A DNA stretch of 64,000 nt. Source: Mustelus asterias (Eukaryota). Position 1 is the first letter of the stretch. Every line of letters starts with the position of its first letter. The DNA lies in contig NW_027590117.1 in assembly GCF_964213995.1 (NCBI RefSeq), positions 1,984,001 through 2,048,000 on the forward strand, written 5' to 3'. The notes under the pieces are model-generated. The model was not told the origin of the DNA. It did not search any database and saw only the letters and a list, made by a program, of their open reading frames with translations. A program made the position numbers and the translations under genes. This document shows positions 1 to 12,367 of the stretch, piece after piece.

Positions 1-109
1 TACTGCACTCGTGAGGTACCAGAAAGATTCCTATTCAGAATTGTGTTTAAATTCATATACAATAGCACTGACTGATAGTCACACACACAAACACACACAC
101 ACTAACTGA

Positions 110-265
110 AATGGAGTCTTTAAGCCAAAGGTAGATAGATTGTTGATTAGCAAAGAGGTAAAAGGTATTAAGGTTAGACAGGAGTGTGGAGTCGATGTTC
201 AAATCAGATCAGCCATGATGTTATAGAATGGAGGAGCAGACTCGAGTGGTCTATTCCTGCTCAGA
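110..265 (+). mobile_element. Degenerate CR1 LINE 3' tail
   Basis: gtagatagattgttg...gatcagccatgat...gaatggaggagcagactcga...ctattcctgctc resembles the CR1 3' UTRs at 15190-15315 and 26900-27050. Confidence 0.6.
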
Positions 266-489
266 TTTTGAATGTTCACACATGCTATTCTTAAGAGATT
301 CAGAATGAGTCCCAAATTCACTTGCAGTATCAGAAAGTAACTGATAGACAAAATCCCTTGCTCAACTACTGTTCCAAACACAGGTTCAAATAATGACGCA
401 ACATGCATCCTGCAGCAAAAAATGCAAGATACATATGGCATATGGTACAGATATATTGCACCAGAGAATGACAGATACAGAATGAATCC

Positions 490-1420
490 AGCCACAATGA
501 AGGAACAGCGATATATTCCTAAGTGAGAATGGTAAGTGACTTGGAGGGGAAGGTCCATTTAATGGTGTTTCCATGAGTCAACTGTTCTTGTCCTTCTCTC
601 GACGGTAGTGCTCTTTGGTTTGAAAGATGCTACTGAAGGAACATTTGTGAGTTCCAGTAGCTCATCTTGGAGGTAGTAAGTACTGCTGCCACTGTGTGTC
701 AGTGGTCAAGGGCATGTGTGTTTACAGATGGGATGTCAATCATGAGGGATGCTTTGTCCGGGATGGTGTCAAACCTCTTGAGTGTTGCTGGTGCTGCATT
801 AACCCAGGCAAGTGGAGATTAATCCATCATACTCCTGATTTGTGCCTGGTAGATGGTGAACAGTGTTTGGCAGTCAGGATCTTTGTTACTCACCATGGGA
901 TTCTGTGTCTCTGACCTGCCTTGTAGCCCTTGTATTACATCGCTAGTCCAATTGAAGGTCATCACAAAGATATTGATATAATTTCATTTAATGTCAAGGG
1001 ACAATGGTTAGATTCTGTCTTGCTGGAAATGGTCTTTGTCTGGTACATGTGTGGTGTGATTGTTATTTGCCACATCTCAGCCCAAGCTTGGATACTGTCC
1101 AGTTCTTGCTGCATTTGGGAATGGGCTGCTTCGGTAACTGAAGAGTCCTGAATGGTGCTAAACATTGCACAGTCATCAGCGAGCATCTCCAATCTGACCT
1201 TATGGTGGAAGGGTCTGGGACAGTAACTTGACAAACTCGGGAAATGGTCTCCTGAGGATGAAATGACTGACCACCACAACCATCTGGCTTTATGCTGGAT
1301 GAAGTTCTAACCAGTGGAGAGGTTTCCATGATTCCCATCGACTTTGCTTTTGCTGAGGATCCTTGATGCTGAACTCGGTCAAATCCTGTTTTGATGTCAA
1401 GGGCAGTCACTCTCATCTCA
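490..1420 (-). mobile_element. Degenerate L2-clade LINE RT fragment
   Basis: Minus ORFs 1063..1416 (VTALDIKTGFDRVQHQG) and 962..1279 (LADDCAMFSTI...QQELDSIQAWAEMWQIT) carry non-LTR RT motifs and are frameshifted. Confidence 0.7.
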
Positions 1421-1597
1421 TCTCAGAGGATCGTTAGTCAGTGGAATTCCCTTCCCCAGACAACAGTTGAGACTGGATCATTGAATATGTTCTAGGCTGA
1501 ATTAGACAGATTATACAAGGGAGTGAATGATTGCTGCAAAAGTTCGAAAAGTCGAATTGCAGCCACAATTATTTTAGTTATGATCTTTTTCCTTGGT

Positions 1598-1922
1598 CCA
1601 TTCATAGGATGTGCGCATCACTGGCCAGCATTTATTACCCATCCACGTATCGAGTCAACCACATTGCTGTCGCTCTGAAGTCACATGTCGGCCACACAAG
1701 GTAATTTCATTAGATTTCCTGCCCTAAAGCACATTAGTGAACCAGATGGATTTTTCCAACAATGGTTCCATCGCCATCACTAGATTCTTATTTTCAAATT
1801 ACTTTTGATTGAAATCAAATTCTACCATCTGCTGTGGAGGGTTTCGAACCTGGGTGCGCAGAACATTAGCTGAGTTTCCAGATTAATAGTCTAGCGATGA
1901 TACCACGAGACCATCGCCTCCC
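1598..1922 (-). mobile_element. tRNA-headed SINE with L2-type tail (SacSINE1/DeuSINE-like)
   Basis: Minus strand GGAGGCGATGGTCTCGTGGTATC...GGTTCGAAACCC A/B-box head; tail ggatgggtaataaatgctggcc. Related pieces at 7715-8060, 28665-28790, 52480-52790 and 57620-57840. Confidence 0.6.
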
Positions 1923-3111
1923 CTTCTTGAATGATGATGCAGGACTGAGGGGCTGAATGGCCTGACTCCTGTCCGTATTTCTAATATGATAGTAACCGTC
2001 ATAATTGATTCCATTTTATTTTGATTTTTGGTTTTCATCTATATTTTCTCTTGATTTTGCTTTCAGCTGGCAGTTGTTCATCATTCTTCAATTCACACCT
2101 CCTTCAGACACATCTCTGTTTGCTGTTACTTGTTCCTTTCCCACTCCCTTTAGCCTTGCAGCACCAATTCTTTTATTACTTAATCACTCCTGCCCTCCAC
2201 CTTGCTTTGGAAAGCACAAGACAAAAGGTTCCACTAATATTAGTAATGAGGCAGGAGCAGGATTAATTAATAATCTGACAGTAAATAAACATCAAACACT
2301 GAGTGACCACAATATGTTAGAGGCAGACATTCAGTGCGTGGAGAAAGGACACACGCAGGTCACAGTTTTGACCTTAAGTAAGGCCGAGAAGGGTGAAATG
2401 TGTTGTAAACTGAACACGTTAAAATCCGTCCAGCTATGAAGAGGCCAATCAAGGGAACAATCAGAGAGACTGAAAAAAGTATTTCATACAATGTGTATCT
2501 AATGCAAGCCTGAAGAAAGGAAACTTCACTTTCTCAGTTTATGGTAATTTTGGGAACTGAATTTCATGTTTTAAACCAGTAATTAAGAAAAAAATAGTGA
2601 TTTCTGTCCAAATAAGGATTAACTCTGTCTTTAACGTGATGCTGTGTCCACTGTGCTGATATTCTTGTCCTTCTGAATAGTACATGTCACAGGGAGCACG
2701 CTGCTGCCCATATAAGCATGGTGGCTTACTGCAGAGTGCCCCGGAGATCAGAAATAGTGCAGTTAATATGTCTAAACTTCACTAGATTGTTTTCATTTTC
2801 AGAAAATAGCTTTTTTTCTATTCGGACAATCATAGAGTGATGGTGAATAATTCAAGATCATTCGGATCATCACGCCTGTGTCAGCTGTTTGGGAGAAACG
2901 GGCTGAAAGGGAAAAACCTTGGCTTGTGTATCTTTGCAACATTTACAGCTTGTGTCCGTGTGTGAGTAAATGGCATTTTAGCGATCTGTTGTTCATTCAA
3001 ATGTTAACTAGTAGCGAGAAGCGGAAGAAAATTACAGCATCCTGGGCGGAAATGTCAAATCATTTTGAAAGAGCCGCTGAGGAACTATTTTTGCTGTTGC
3101 TCAAAACGTAA

Positions 3112-3183
3112 TAGCAGAGAATGGTTTCGATCCATCGACCTCTGGGTTATGGGCCCAGCACGCTTCCGCTGCGCCACTCTGCT
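3112..3183 (-). tRNA. tRNA-iMet (CAT), initiator
   Basis: AGCAGAGTGGCGCAGCGGAAGCGTGCTGGGCCCATAACCCAGAGGTCGATGGATCGAAACCATTCTCTGCTA, 72 nt, one difference from the canonical vertebrate initiator tRNA. Confidence 0.95.
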
Positions 3184-3479
3184 CCACAATTAAAATTGCC
3201 TGCGAGCTATTGTGAATGTGTCACAGGTATTCACTTCCGTGTTCATCATTGGAGTGCATGCGCTCGGCTGCTCCCCCTGGCGCCACAATTCCACTGTCAC
3301 CAAGAATGGAAAACACAGAAAGACACACAGACGAAGCGACAGATAGTCAGGATACACAAGATCACACACAGGCAAAGGAGAATGGACTGAGTGGTCATTA
3401 ATGTAAATCCCAAGATGTCTCCTGTTTCTAACCACCTTCTTCTTGTTTAATTCTGCTTCCTTGTTTCTAAATAGATCCT

Positions 3480-4215
3480 CTGCTGTGGAACTGCGATCTC
3501 TGCTGTGGAACTGTGATCTCTGCTGCGGAACTGTGATCCCTGCTGCGGAACTGTGATCCCTGCTGTGGAACTGTGATCCCTGCTGTGGAACTGTACTTTC
3601 TGCTGTGGAACTGTGATCTCTGCTGTGGAACTCTTTTCCCTGTTGTGGAAAAGTTCTCAGTGCTGTGGAACTGTGCTCTGCTGTGGAACTGTGAACTCTG
3701 CTGTGGAACTGTGCTCTCTGCTGTGGAACTGTGCTCCCTGCTGTGGAAATGTGCTCTCTGCTGTGGAACTGTGCTCTCCGCTGTGGAACTGTGATCTCTG
3801 CTGTGGATCTGTGATCTCTGCTGTGGATCTGTGATCTCTGCTCTGGATCTGTGATCTCTGCTGTGGAACTGTGATCTCTGCTGTGGAACTGTGCTCTCTG
3901 CTGTGGACCTGTGCTCTCTGCTGTGGAACTGCGTTCTCTGCTGTGGAACTGCGCTCCCTGCTGTGGAACTGCGCTCCCTGCTGTGGAACTGTGCTCTCTG
4001 CTGTGGAACTGTGCTCTCTGCTGTGGAACTGTGATATCTGCTGTGGTACTGTGATCCCTGCTGTGGAACTGTGATCTCCGCTGTGGAACTGTGATCTCCG
4101 CTGTGGAACTCATTTCCCTGTTGTGGAAAAATACTCTCTGCTGTGGAACTGTGCTCTCTGCTGTCAAACTGTGATCTCTGCTGTGGAACTGTGCTCTCTG
4201 CTGTGAAACTGTGCT
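3480..4215. repeat. 20-bp minisatellite (TGCTGTGGAACTGTGATCTC)n
   Basis: Visible tandem array of about 36 units; explains the repetitive ORFs 3190..4167 and 3467..4234. Confidence 0.97.
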
Positions 4216-4229
4216 CAGGGGTTAGATTT

Positions 4230-4980
4230 TCCACTCTCCAAACTGCTTAGACTGTTAAAGAATGTAGAGAATGTTGGATCCATTATTCCCATTGCCACTT
4301 CGTTTAGAACCCTGTGATGTAGATTATTGGGCTTTGGAGATTTTTCAGCCCTCAGTCCCATTAATTTCTCCAGCACTATATATTTTAGTAATATTAAATC
4401 CCCCCAATTTCTAGACCATGGTTCCCGAGCATTGCTGGGAAGTTATTTGTGTGTTTCTCCATGAAGACAGCATGAAAACACTTATTTAATTGCGCTGCCA
4501 TTTCCTTGTTCTCCATTATAAATTTGCCCATATCCGAATGCAAAGCACCTAAATTTATCTTTGTTATATTTTTTCACATACTAACATAAGCTTTAACAAT
4601 CCAATTGTAAGCGACTTGCAAGTTCACTCTCGTACAGCATTTTATCCCTCTAATCAATCTCTTTATCCTCCTTTCCTAAAATAAAAACTGTTCCCAATCC
4701 TTTGGGTTTCAACTTTTTCTTTCAACTTTATAAAAATCATCATCAGATCTAATAATACCTAATTTTATTAGCCATGATTGGGTCATTTTTCCTGTTATGT
4801 TTCTGCGACTGAAGGAAATGTACAACTGTTACAATGCAAGCATTTCTTCCTTAAATATCAGACACTGTCTATCCACCTTCGTGCCCCTTCATCGAGTTCC
4901 CCAATCTATTTTAGCCAACTCACCTGTAATACATTCTGAGTTTCCTTTGTTTAGAGCTGGGACTTCAGTTTAAGCTTGGA
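4230..4980 (-). mobile_element. Old CR1 ORF2 fragment
   Basis: Degenerate similarity to other minus-strand CR1 copies (ctccatgaagacag...tgccatttccttgttctccattat). Confidence 0.5.
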
Positions 4981-5179
4981 TTTGAATCTTTGTTCTGCCT
5001 GAAGACAGGTGTTTCACAAAGCAGACACTCAATCTATCCAACCCAGAGCAAACCACATTGTGAGCATTGAATGTATTCTACAAAATTGAAACATAAAACG
5101 TTCAGATACATCAATATTTCTCCTGGCCGTATAATTAAGGTCTTGAACAATGCGTACTGATAATGGAGCTTTCCATTTG

Positions 5180-6065
5180 AGAAATTCTGATATTTCTTCC
5201 TTTTTCCTCAGCCACTGATCTCCCCACTCTGTGGCTGACAGCATACTCATCTGTGTCTGCTCTTGTCCCACACCTCTGCTCTCACCCCGTCTCTATCTTC
5301 TCTATATTATGATAATGCTTCCTCCTTTAAATTACCAACTTTTTCAATGGATTAGCTCTCAGCATTTTTACCACCTCCAGCTTGTGGGATGCTGTCACCA
5401 AACATTCCTTCCCCTCCGAATACCACAGTCCTTTTCTAACAGCTTCTACTAGTCGTTTTGACTTTCCATGGCACCTGTCAAGGTGCAACAACAGGCCTTT
5501 TACCTCTTTTCTCCTCATCAGAAACCCCCTCAATGAATCCTCCTGGACTAATCATTTAAATGTAGTGTGCTGTATTTGCTGCTCACAATGTACTCTGCTC
5601 TACATTCTGATGACAGATGCACAGATTGTGGAACATTTCCATTCAGTCCACAAGTATCACACTATTTGTGATAATTCCTATCATTTTAATTCTGTGCTTT
5701 GCTCACACTGATCATTCTGTCCTTGGTCTTCTCTAGTGCTCCAATGGAACTCATGCACCCCTCTTGACGACACAGTGCTCACTATCTTTACTTGTACTCT
5801 TACTATTTCCTTTAGACTGTTTGCCATTTTATGCACTTGTGTTGCACACAATCACAAACCTCCCTTTTGGTTTTTTTTTGCCATCTGCCGTTCTCCGTAG
5901 CATTTTCTTAAAATCTTCGCTCACATTTGTAACTTTCACCAGTGCTGATGAAAGGATGTTGATCTGTAAGTTTAAACCTGGTCACTATTTACCCCCGCAG
6001 GTGCATACTTGTTGTGTACATCCAGATTTTCAAAATGAAGTTTGTACTTCCAGCATTCATAGCTT
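5180..6065 (+). mobile_element. Degenerate Penelope-like element 3' part (GIY-YIG remnant plus decayed hammerhead)
   Basis: ORF 5382..5711 NVVCCICCSQCTLLYI...EHFHSV resembles the PLE GIY-YIG motif (VYCIxCxxCxxLYIGET); decayed CTGATGA core at 5946. Confidence 0.55.
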
Positions 6066-6469
6066 TTGATGTCGGCAGGCACGTTAACAGGAGTTTTCAT
6101 GGAGGTGTTCAAAATCATGGACAGCTTTAATAGAGTAAATTGGCATAAATTGTTCCTGTTACATGAGGACACTGATTCATTACGATTTGTTAAAAAAGTA
6201 AAGAGATTGTGAGCAAACACATGTTTACTTACATCGGTAGCTAGTTTCTGTGAATCCTGAATACGCTGTCTAAAAACTGGGGAATCTGATGCAAAATTTT
6301 TTCAAAGAGCAGTTGGAGAAAAACCGTTTTAAAGGGCGAATTTTAGGGCATAAAGAGGAAATGGGACGGATTCGCTACGAAATCTCTGGCAGAGTTCCGA
6401 TGGGTTTAAATATAACCCCATATGCTGTATTATTCCATGAAATGGTGGGCAGCGTAACCCAAGATGCGC

Positions 6470-6752
6470 CGCGAGCGTGAATACGATATATATCATTCAG
6501 AATGATCCGCACTGCGCAGGCGTCGGGATGCTCCGCCCCGGAGGCCGCCTGTCTGCGCGTTGCAGCTCCCGGAAGCTGAGCGGAACTGTGCAGGCGGAAC
6601 TGTGCAGGCGCAACAGCGGAGAGTCTCAGCGGCTCTCAGAGCCCGAATCAGCGCCGCCGGGCTCGGCGGACGTGCGGCGAGGGAGCCGGGGGCGCGGCAC
6701 CATGAAGCGGATGGTGCAGCGAGGCCATCCTCACCGCCCCATATGGAATAGT
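6470..6752 (+). promoter_or_regulatory. CpG island with candidate first exon (ATG 6702, MKRMVQRGHPHRPIWNS)
   Basis: CpG-dense; NRF1-like TGCGCAGGCG, ETS CCGGAAG, GC box, Kozak-like GGCACCATG, possible donor GTGAGT at 6753. Confidence 0.5.
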
Positions 6753-6763
6753 GTGAGTGAGAG

Positions 6764-7349
6764 TGTGGTGAACCATCGTTGGTTCCCACTGGATAGTGCT
6801 GAGCCAGGGGCTGGCCAGTACTACAAGGATGTACATATGTTACTGTTGGGTTGTGCTATTGTTGCTGTTGGGGTTAGGGTGGGGTTGTTACACCTTTGTA
6901 CTGTCGTGTTGTGGCACATCCCAGTCGGGCTCCGCCTCCTGGTAGAGGTATAAGAGTCCCTGCTCTGGCCGGGACCCCTTCAGTCTGGGATAGTGTATAT
7001 AAGTTCTGGCAGCTTCGTTACAGTAAATAAAATTGATGCGCTACTCAAACACGAGGCCTGAAGCTCAGTAAATGAAAGGCTTTTATTTACTGTAACGAAG
7101 CTCCCAGAACTTATATACACTATCCCAGAATGAAGGGGTCCCGGCCAGAGCAGGGACTCTTATACCTCTCCCAGGAGGCGGAGCCCGACTGGGATGTGCC
7201 ACAACACTACAGTACAAAGGTGTAACAACCCCACCCTAACCCCAACAGCAACAATAGCACAACCCAACAGTAACATATGTACATCCTTGTAGTACTGGCC
7301 AGCCCCTGGCTCAGTACTATCCAGTGGGAACCAACGATGGTTCACCACA
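6764..7349. mobile_element. Palindromic LTR-derived insertion (269-bp inverted arms, 5-bp TSD GAGAG)
   Basis: Arms 6764-7032 and 7081-7349; TG...CA ends; TATA-like and AATAAA signals in each arm; GAGAG at 6759-6763 and 7350-7354. Confidence 0.85.
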
Positions 7350-7600
7350 GAGAGGAAACAGAGAGCAGTGGTTAATGGTTGTTTTTCAGACTGGAGGAAG
7401 GTTTCCAGTGGAGTTCCCCAGGGCTCGGTGTTAGGAGCCCTGCTCTTCCTGATATATATTAATGACACACACATTGGTGTACAGGACACAAGCTCAACAT
7501 TTCCACACGCCAGCAAACTTGGAGGCATTGGCAAGTGTGAGGAGGAAAGTGGGAAACTTCAAAAGGACACAGGCAGCTTGGTGGAATGGGAGACAAGTGG
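7350..7600 (+). mobile_element. CR1 RT fragment (target of the palindromic insertion)
   Basis: VNGCFSDWRKVSSGVPQGSVLGALLFLIYIND. Confidence 0.8.
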
Positions 7601-8599
7601 CAGTGGGGAAAGTTCCAGCACCGATTGCCCCGCGGCTGCCCCTGGGGAGCATGCCCACTCTCAGTGCCTGGGCAAGTCAGTGTGTTGGATAGAGCGCTTT
7701 CTGGGGCGCAGAGAATTATTTTTATTCATTCATGTGATGTGTGCGTCACTGGCTTGGCCAGCATTCATTGCACGAATTACCTTTGAACTGAGCGGCTTGT
7801 TAGGCCATTTCAGAGGGCATTTAAGAGTCAAACACATTGCTGTGTGTCTGGAGTCACATGTAGGCCAGAAGAGGTCATGTGGGCAGATTTGCTTGTCGAA
7901 AGGGACATCAGTGAATCAAGTGGGTTTTTACGACATGGCCATCATTAGACCTTTATTTCCAGATGTTTATTGAGCTCAAATGTCACTCTGTTGTGGTGAT
8001 ATTCAGGTCCCATTGCATTACTCCGGATCATGGTCCAGTGACAATACCACTCCACCATTAATTCCTCATGTGGAAATTAATGGCTGCTGCCATTCACAGA
8101 CATCAGTACGTGTTTTAATGCAAGCCAATTGTCAGAGAGCTGAAACATGAACTCTGTTTCTCTCTGACCTGTTGAGTCATTCCAGAATTTTCACTTTGTT
8201 TCAGATGTTCAGTGTCCACATGATTTTACCGGTGAAATATTGCAGCTGTTCAGAAAACTGAGGCCTGAAATAGACAAATGAAGAACCCTTTGGAATGAGG
8301 GTGGATGTTCTGTGAAGGTACGTTCTTGTTGCCTGGCTTTGAACTGGAGTGTTGATGGAGGAAAAGCTGATTGGTTTAACCTTGAGTACATTTGAGACCA
8401 GTCGAGGCCAAACATTTCTCATCAAAGTTTCCTGTACAGGAACAGAGACTGGCAGAGACATTGCACTCTCATATAGAATAAATAATCGACAGCAAATCAG
8501 TTCTGCACTCATAAGCAGTATCAAGCTTGAGTTACTTTCACACTGAAATACTGGAACAGAGCCTAACAGACAGTGAGTTAGTCCCACATTGACATCAAA

Positions 8600-9500
8600 T
8601 CAGAACATAAGAAGCAGGAGCAGCAGAAGGCAGTTTGTTCTTTAGGGTTGCCCCACCATTTGGTAAGATCATGGTTAATGTGATTATGGCCTCAACTCCA
8701 TTTAATTGCCTGCCCCATAACCCTTGTCTCTCCTGTAGATCAAAACGCGTTCTAACTTAGGATGGAATCTATTAAATTCCACAAATTAAGGACATTTTGA
8801 GAAGAGAAATTTCTTCTCATCTCCATCTAAAGTGGGGCATACTTTATTTTTAAACTGTGTCGTCTTGTTTTATTTTTGCCCACAAATGAAAACATTCCTC
8901 TCAATATCTACCCTGTCCAATTCCCTCAGATCCTTCAATGTTTCAATCTGATCATCTCTCATTCTTCTCAACTTTTGAGATCGGCTCAACTTGATTGAAC
9001 TTTCCTCATAAGATAACTCCTTCATCTCAGCAATCAGCCGAGTGAATCTTCACTGCCTCCAATACAAGTATCTCCCTCTTTAAATCGGAGAAAACCTTTA
9101 AATTCAGCAATATCATGTATTTGTAGCAACATTTCCCTACTTTGATACTCCACATATGTACTTATAATTAGAGTTATTTCCTCCTTTTCTGGATCAATCT
9201 GCTGTATCTCCCTCTCTATTTAAATAATGTTCTGCCTTCCCATCCTTCCCACTGAAGTGGAAAGCCTCACATTTTCCTACATTGTATCCTACCTGACAGA
9301 TTTGTGTCCATTCACTTTACCTCACTATATCTCCTTACAGACTCTTTGTGTCCTCCTCACAACCTACTTCCCCACCTATTTATGTATTGTCTGAAAATTT
9401 GGTGATGGTCTGTCCCTTCATCTGGGCCATTAATATAGATTGTAAATAGCTGAGAACCCAGCACTGATCCATGTGGCTCTCTGCAAGCAGCAGTTTGCTA
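8600..9500 (-). mobile_element. Old CR1 3' fragment
   Basis: Minus-strand CR1 tail (agaacataagaagcaggagcag) and PxGSVLG-like remnant near 9460. Confidence 0.55.
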
Positions 9501-10645
9501 AGCTGACAGTGACCCACTTCCATGCAGTAACAGAGACTGACAGACAGTGAGATAATTTCACACATTATTATTGATAGATAGGGAGTGAATTATACATTCA
9601 GATGCAGTAACAGAGATTGACACAACGGTAATTGCAAACATAAATCCAGTGGTGATTAAAGGATAGAGAATCAATTCCACACTAACATACAGTAACACAG
9701 CCAGAGTTAATTACACATTCAATTCTACTGAGCAAGAGTTAATGCTACATTCATACACAATAACCAAGACTGACCGTTAATTCCACTCTCACATGCTATA
9801 ACAGCGATGAACAGAGAGTTAATGGCCCACTCACATTCGGTAATAGTGAATAACAAATACAGATTTAATTCCATCCTCGCATTCACTAATCTAGATGAAC
9901 TGATGTAATTCCATACTGAAACACATGAACAGAGAATGGCTGACAGCGTTAATTCCACACTCTCACACAGTAATAGATTGAGAGAGTTAATTCCACACAC
10001 ACACAGTAATAGATTGAGAAAATGTTAATTCCACACTCATGCACAGTAATAGATTGAGAGAGAGTTAATTCCACATTCAGACACACTAATCGATTGAGAG
10101 AGAGTTAATTCCACACCCACACACAGCATTAGATAGAGAGAGAGTTATTCCATGTTCCCAGACAGTAATAGATTCAGAAAGAGTTAATTCCACACTGACA
10201 CTGAAATAGATTGAGAGAGAGCTAATTCCACACTCTCTCACTGTAATAGATTGAGAGAGAGTCAATTCCACACTCTCACAGGAATAGATTGAGAGTTACT
10301 TCCATGCTCTCACACAGCAACAGATTGAGAGGGAGTTAATTCCGCACTCTCTCACAGTAATAGATTGTGAGAGAGTGAATTCCACACTGACACAGTAATA
10401 GATTGAGAGTGAGTTAATTCAACGCTCACACAGTAATAGGTTGAGAGAGAGTTAATTCCACACTTTCACACAGTAATAAATTGAGAGAGTTAATTCCACA
10501 TGGACACAGTAATAGATAGACAGAGAGAGTTAATTCCATGCTGACACTGTAATAGATTGAGGGAGAGTTAATTCCCCACACACAGTAATAGATTGAGAGT
10601 TAATTTCACATTGGCACACAGTAATAGATTGGAGAGAGAGTTAAT

Positions 10646-12367
10646 ATAGGGCTAAAAGGGGTCACAAAAAATCATTGCCCAGCAGGATTAAGGAAAATAC
10701 CAAGGCTTTTTATACATATATAAAGAGCAAGAGGATAGCCAGGGAGAGGGTTGGCCCACTCAAGGACAAAGGAGGAAATCTATGCGTGGAGCCAGAGGAA
10801 ATGGGTGAGGTATTCAATTAGTTCATTGTGTCAGTATTCACCAAAGAGAAGGACTTGGTGGATAATGAATCTGGGAAAGGATGTGTTGATAGTTTGAGTA
10901 ATGTTGAAATCAAGTGTTGGGGTTCATGAGGAATATTAAGGTAGACAAGTCCCCAGGGCCTGAAGCGATATACCCCAAAATACTGGGAGAGGCAAGGGAG
11001 GAAATTGCTGGGGCCTTGAGAGAAATTTTTGTATCCTCACTGGCTACAGGATTTACTGCCACTTGGAAATTAGTGGATGTATTTGCGAGACGTAATATGG
11101 TTTTGTGAAGGGCTGGTCATGTCTCACTAACTTGATCGAGTTTTTCGAGGAAGTGACGAAGATGGTTGATGAGGGTAGGGCAGTGGATGTTGTCTACATG
11201 GACTTCAGTAAGGCCTTTGACAAGGTCCCTCATGGCAGAATGGTGCAGAAGGTGAAGTCACAAGGGATCAGAGGTGAGCTGGCAAGGTGGATACAGAACT
11301 GGCTTGGTAACAGAAGACAGAGGGTAGCAGTGGAAGGGTGCGATTCTGAATGGAGGACTGTGACATTTGGCGTTCCTCAGGGATCAGTGCTGGGACCTTT
11401 GCTGTTCGTAAAAGATGTGACTGATTTGGAGGAAAATGCAACTGGTTTGATTAGTTAGTTTGCGAACAACACAAAGGTTGGTGGATTTGCAGATAGCGAT
11501 GAGCACCATCAGAGGATACAGCAGGATATAGATAGGTTGGGGGCTTGGACGGAGAGATGGCAGATGGAGTTTAATCCGGACAACTGTGAGGTAATGCATT
11601 TTGGATGGTCTAATACAGATAGGAAATATACAGTCAATGGCAGAACCCTTAGGAGTATTGATAGGCAAAGGGATCTGGGTGTACAGGTACACAGGTCACT
11701 GAAAGTGGCAACGCAGGTGGAGAAAGTAGTCAAGAAGGCATACGGCATGCTTGCCTTCATCGGCCGGGGCATTGAGTTTAAAAATTGGCAAGTCATGTTG
11801 CAGCTTTATAGAATCTTAGTTAGGCTGCATTTGGAATATAGTGTTCAGTTCTGGTTGCCACACTACCAGAAGGATGTGGAGACTTTGGAGAGGGTACAGC
11901 AAAGACTTACCAAGATGTTGGCTGGTATGGAGGATATTAGCTGTGAGGAGAGGTTAGAGAAACTTGGTTTGTTCTCTCTGGAACGACAGAGGTTGAGCGG
12001 CGACCTGATGGAAGGCTACAAGATTATGAGGGGCATGGACAGAGTGGACAGTCGGAAGCTTTTTCCCCAGGGTGGAAGGGTCAATTACTGGGGGGCATCA
12101 GTTTAAGGTGCGAGGGGCAAGGTTTAAAGGAGATGTATGAGGCAAGTTTTTTGCACAGATGGTGGTGGGTGCCTGGAACTCACTGCCGGGGAAGGTGGTT
12201 GAAGCAGATACAATAGTGAGTTTTAAGGGGCGTCTGGACAAATACATGAATAGGATGGGAATAGTGGGATATGGTCCCTGGAAGGGTCGGGGGTTCAGTT
12301 GGGCAGCAAGGTCGGTGCAGGGCCGAAGGGCATGTTCCTGTGCTGTAATTTTCTTTGTTCTTTGTTC
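10646..12367 (+). mobile_element. 5'-truncated CR1 (HER1-like) LINE, frameshifted
   Basis: RT motifs YMDFSKAFDKVPH and GVPQGSVLGP; tail ttctttgttctttgttct; TTAAT on both sides. Confidence 0.92.

Noticed and set aside
3190-4234. 325-aa and 255-aa minus-strand ORFs
   Set aside because: They are translations of the 20-bp minisatellite, with no independent coding evidence.
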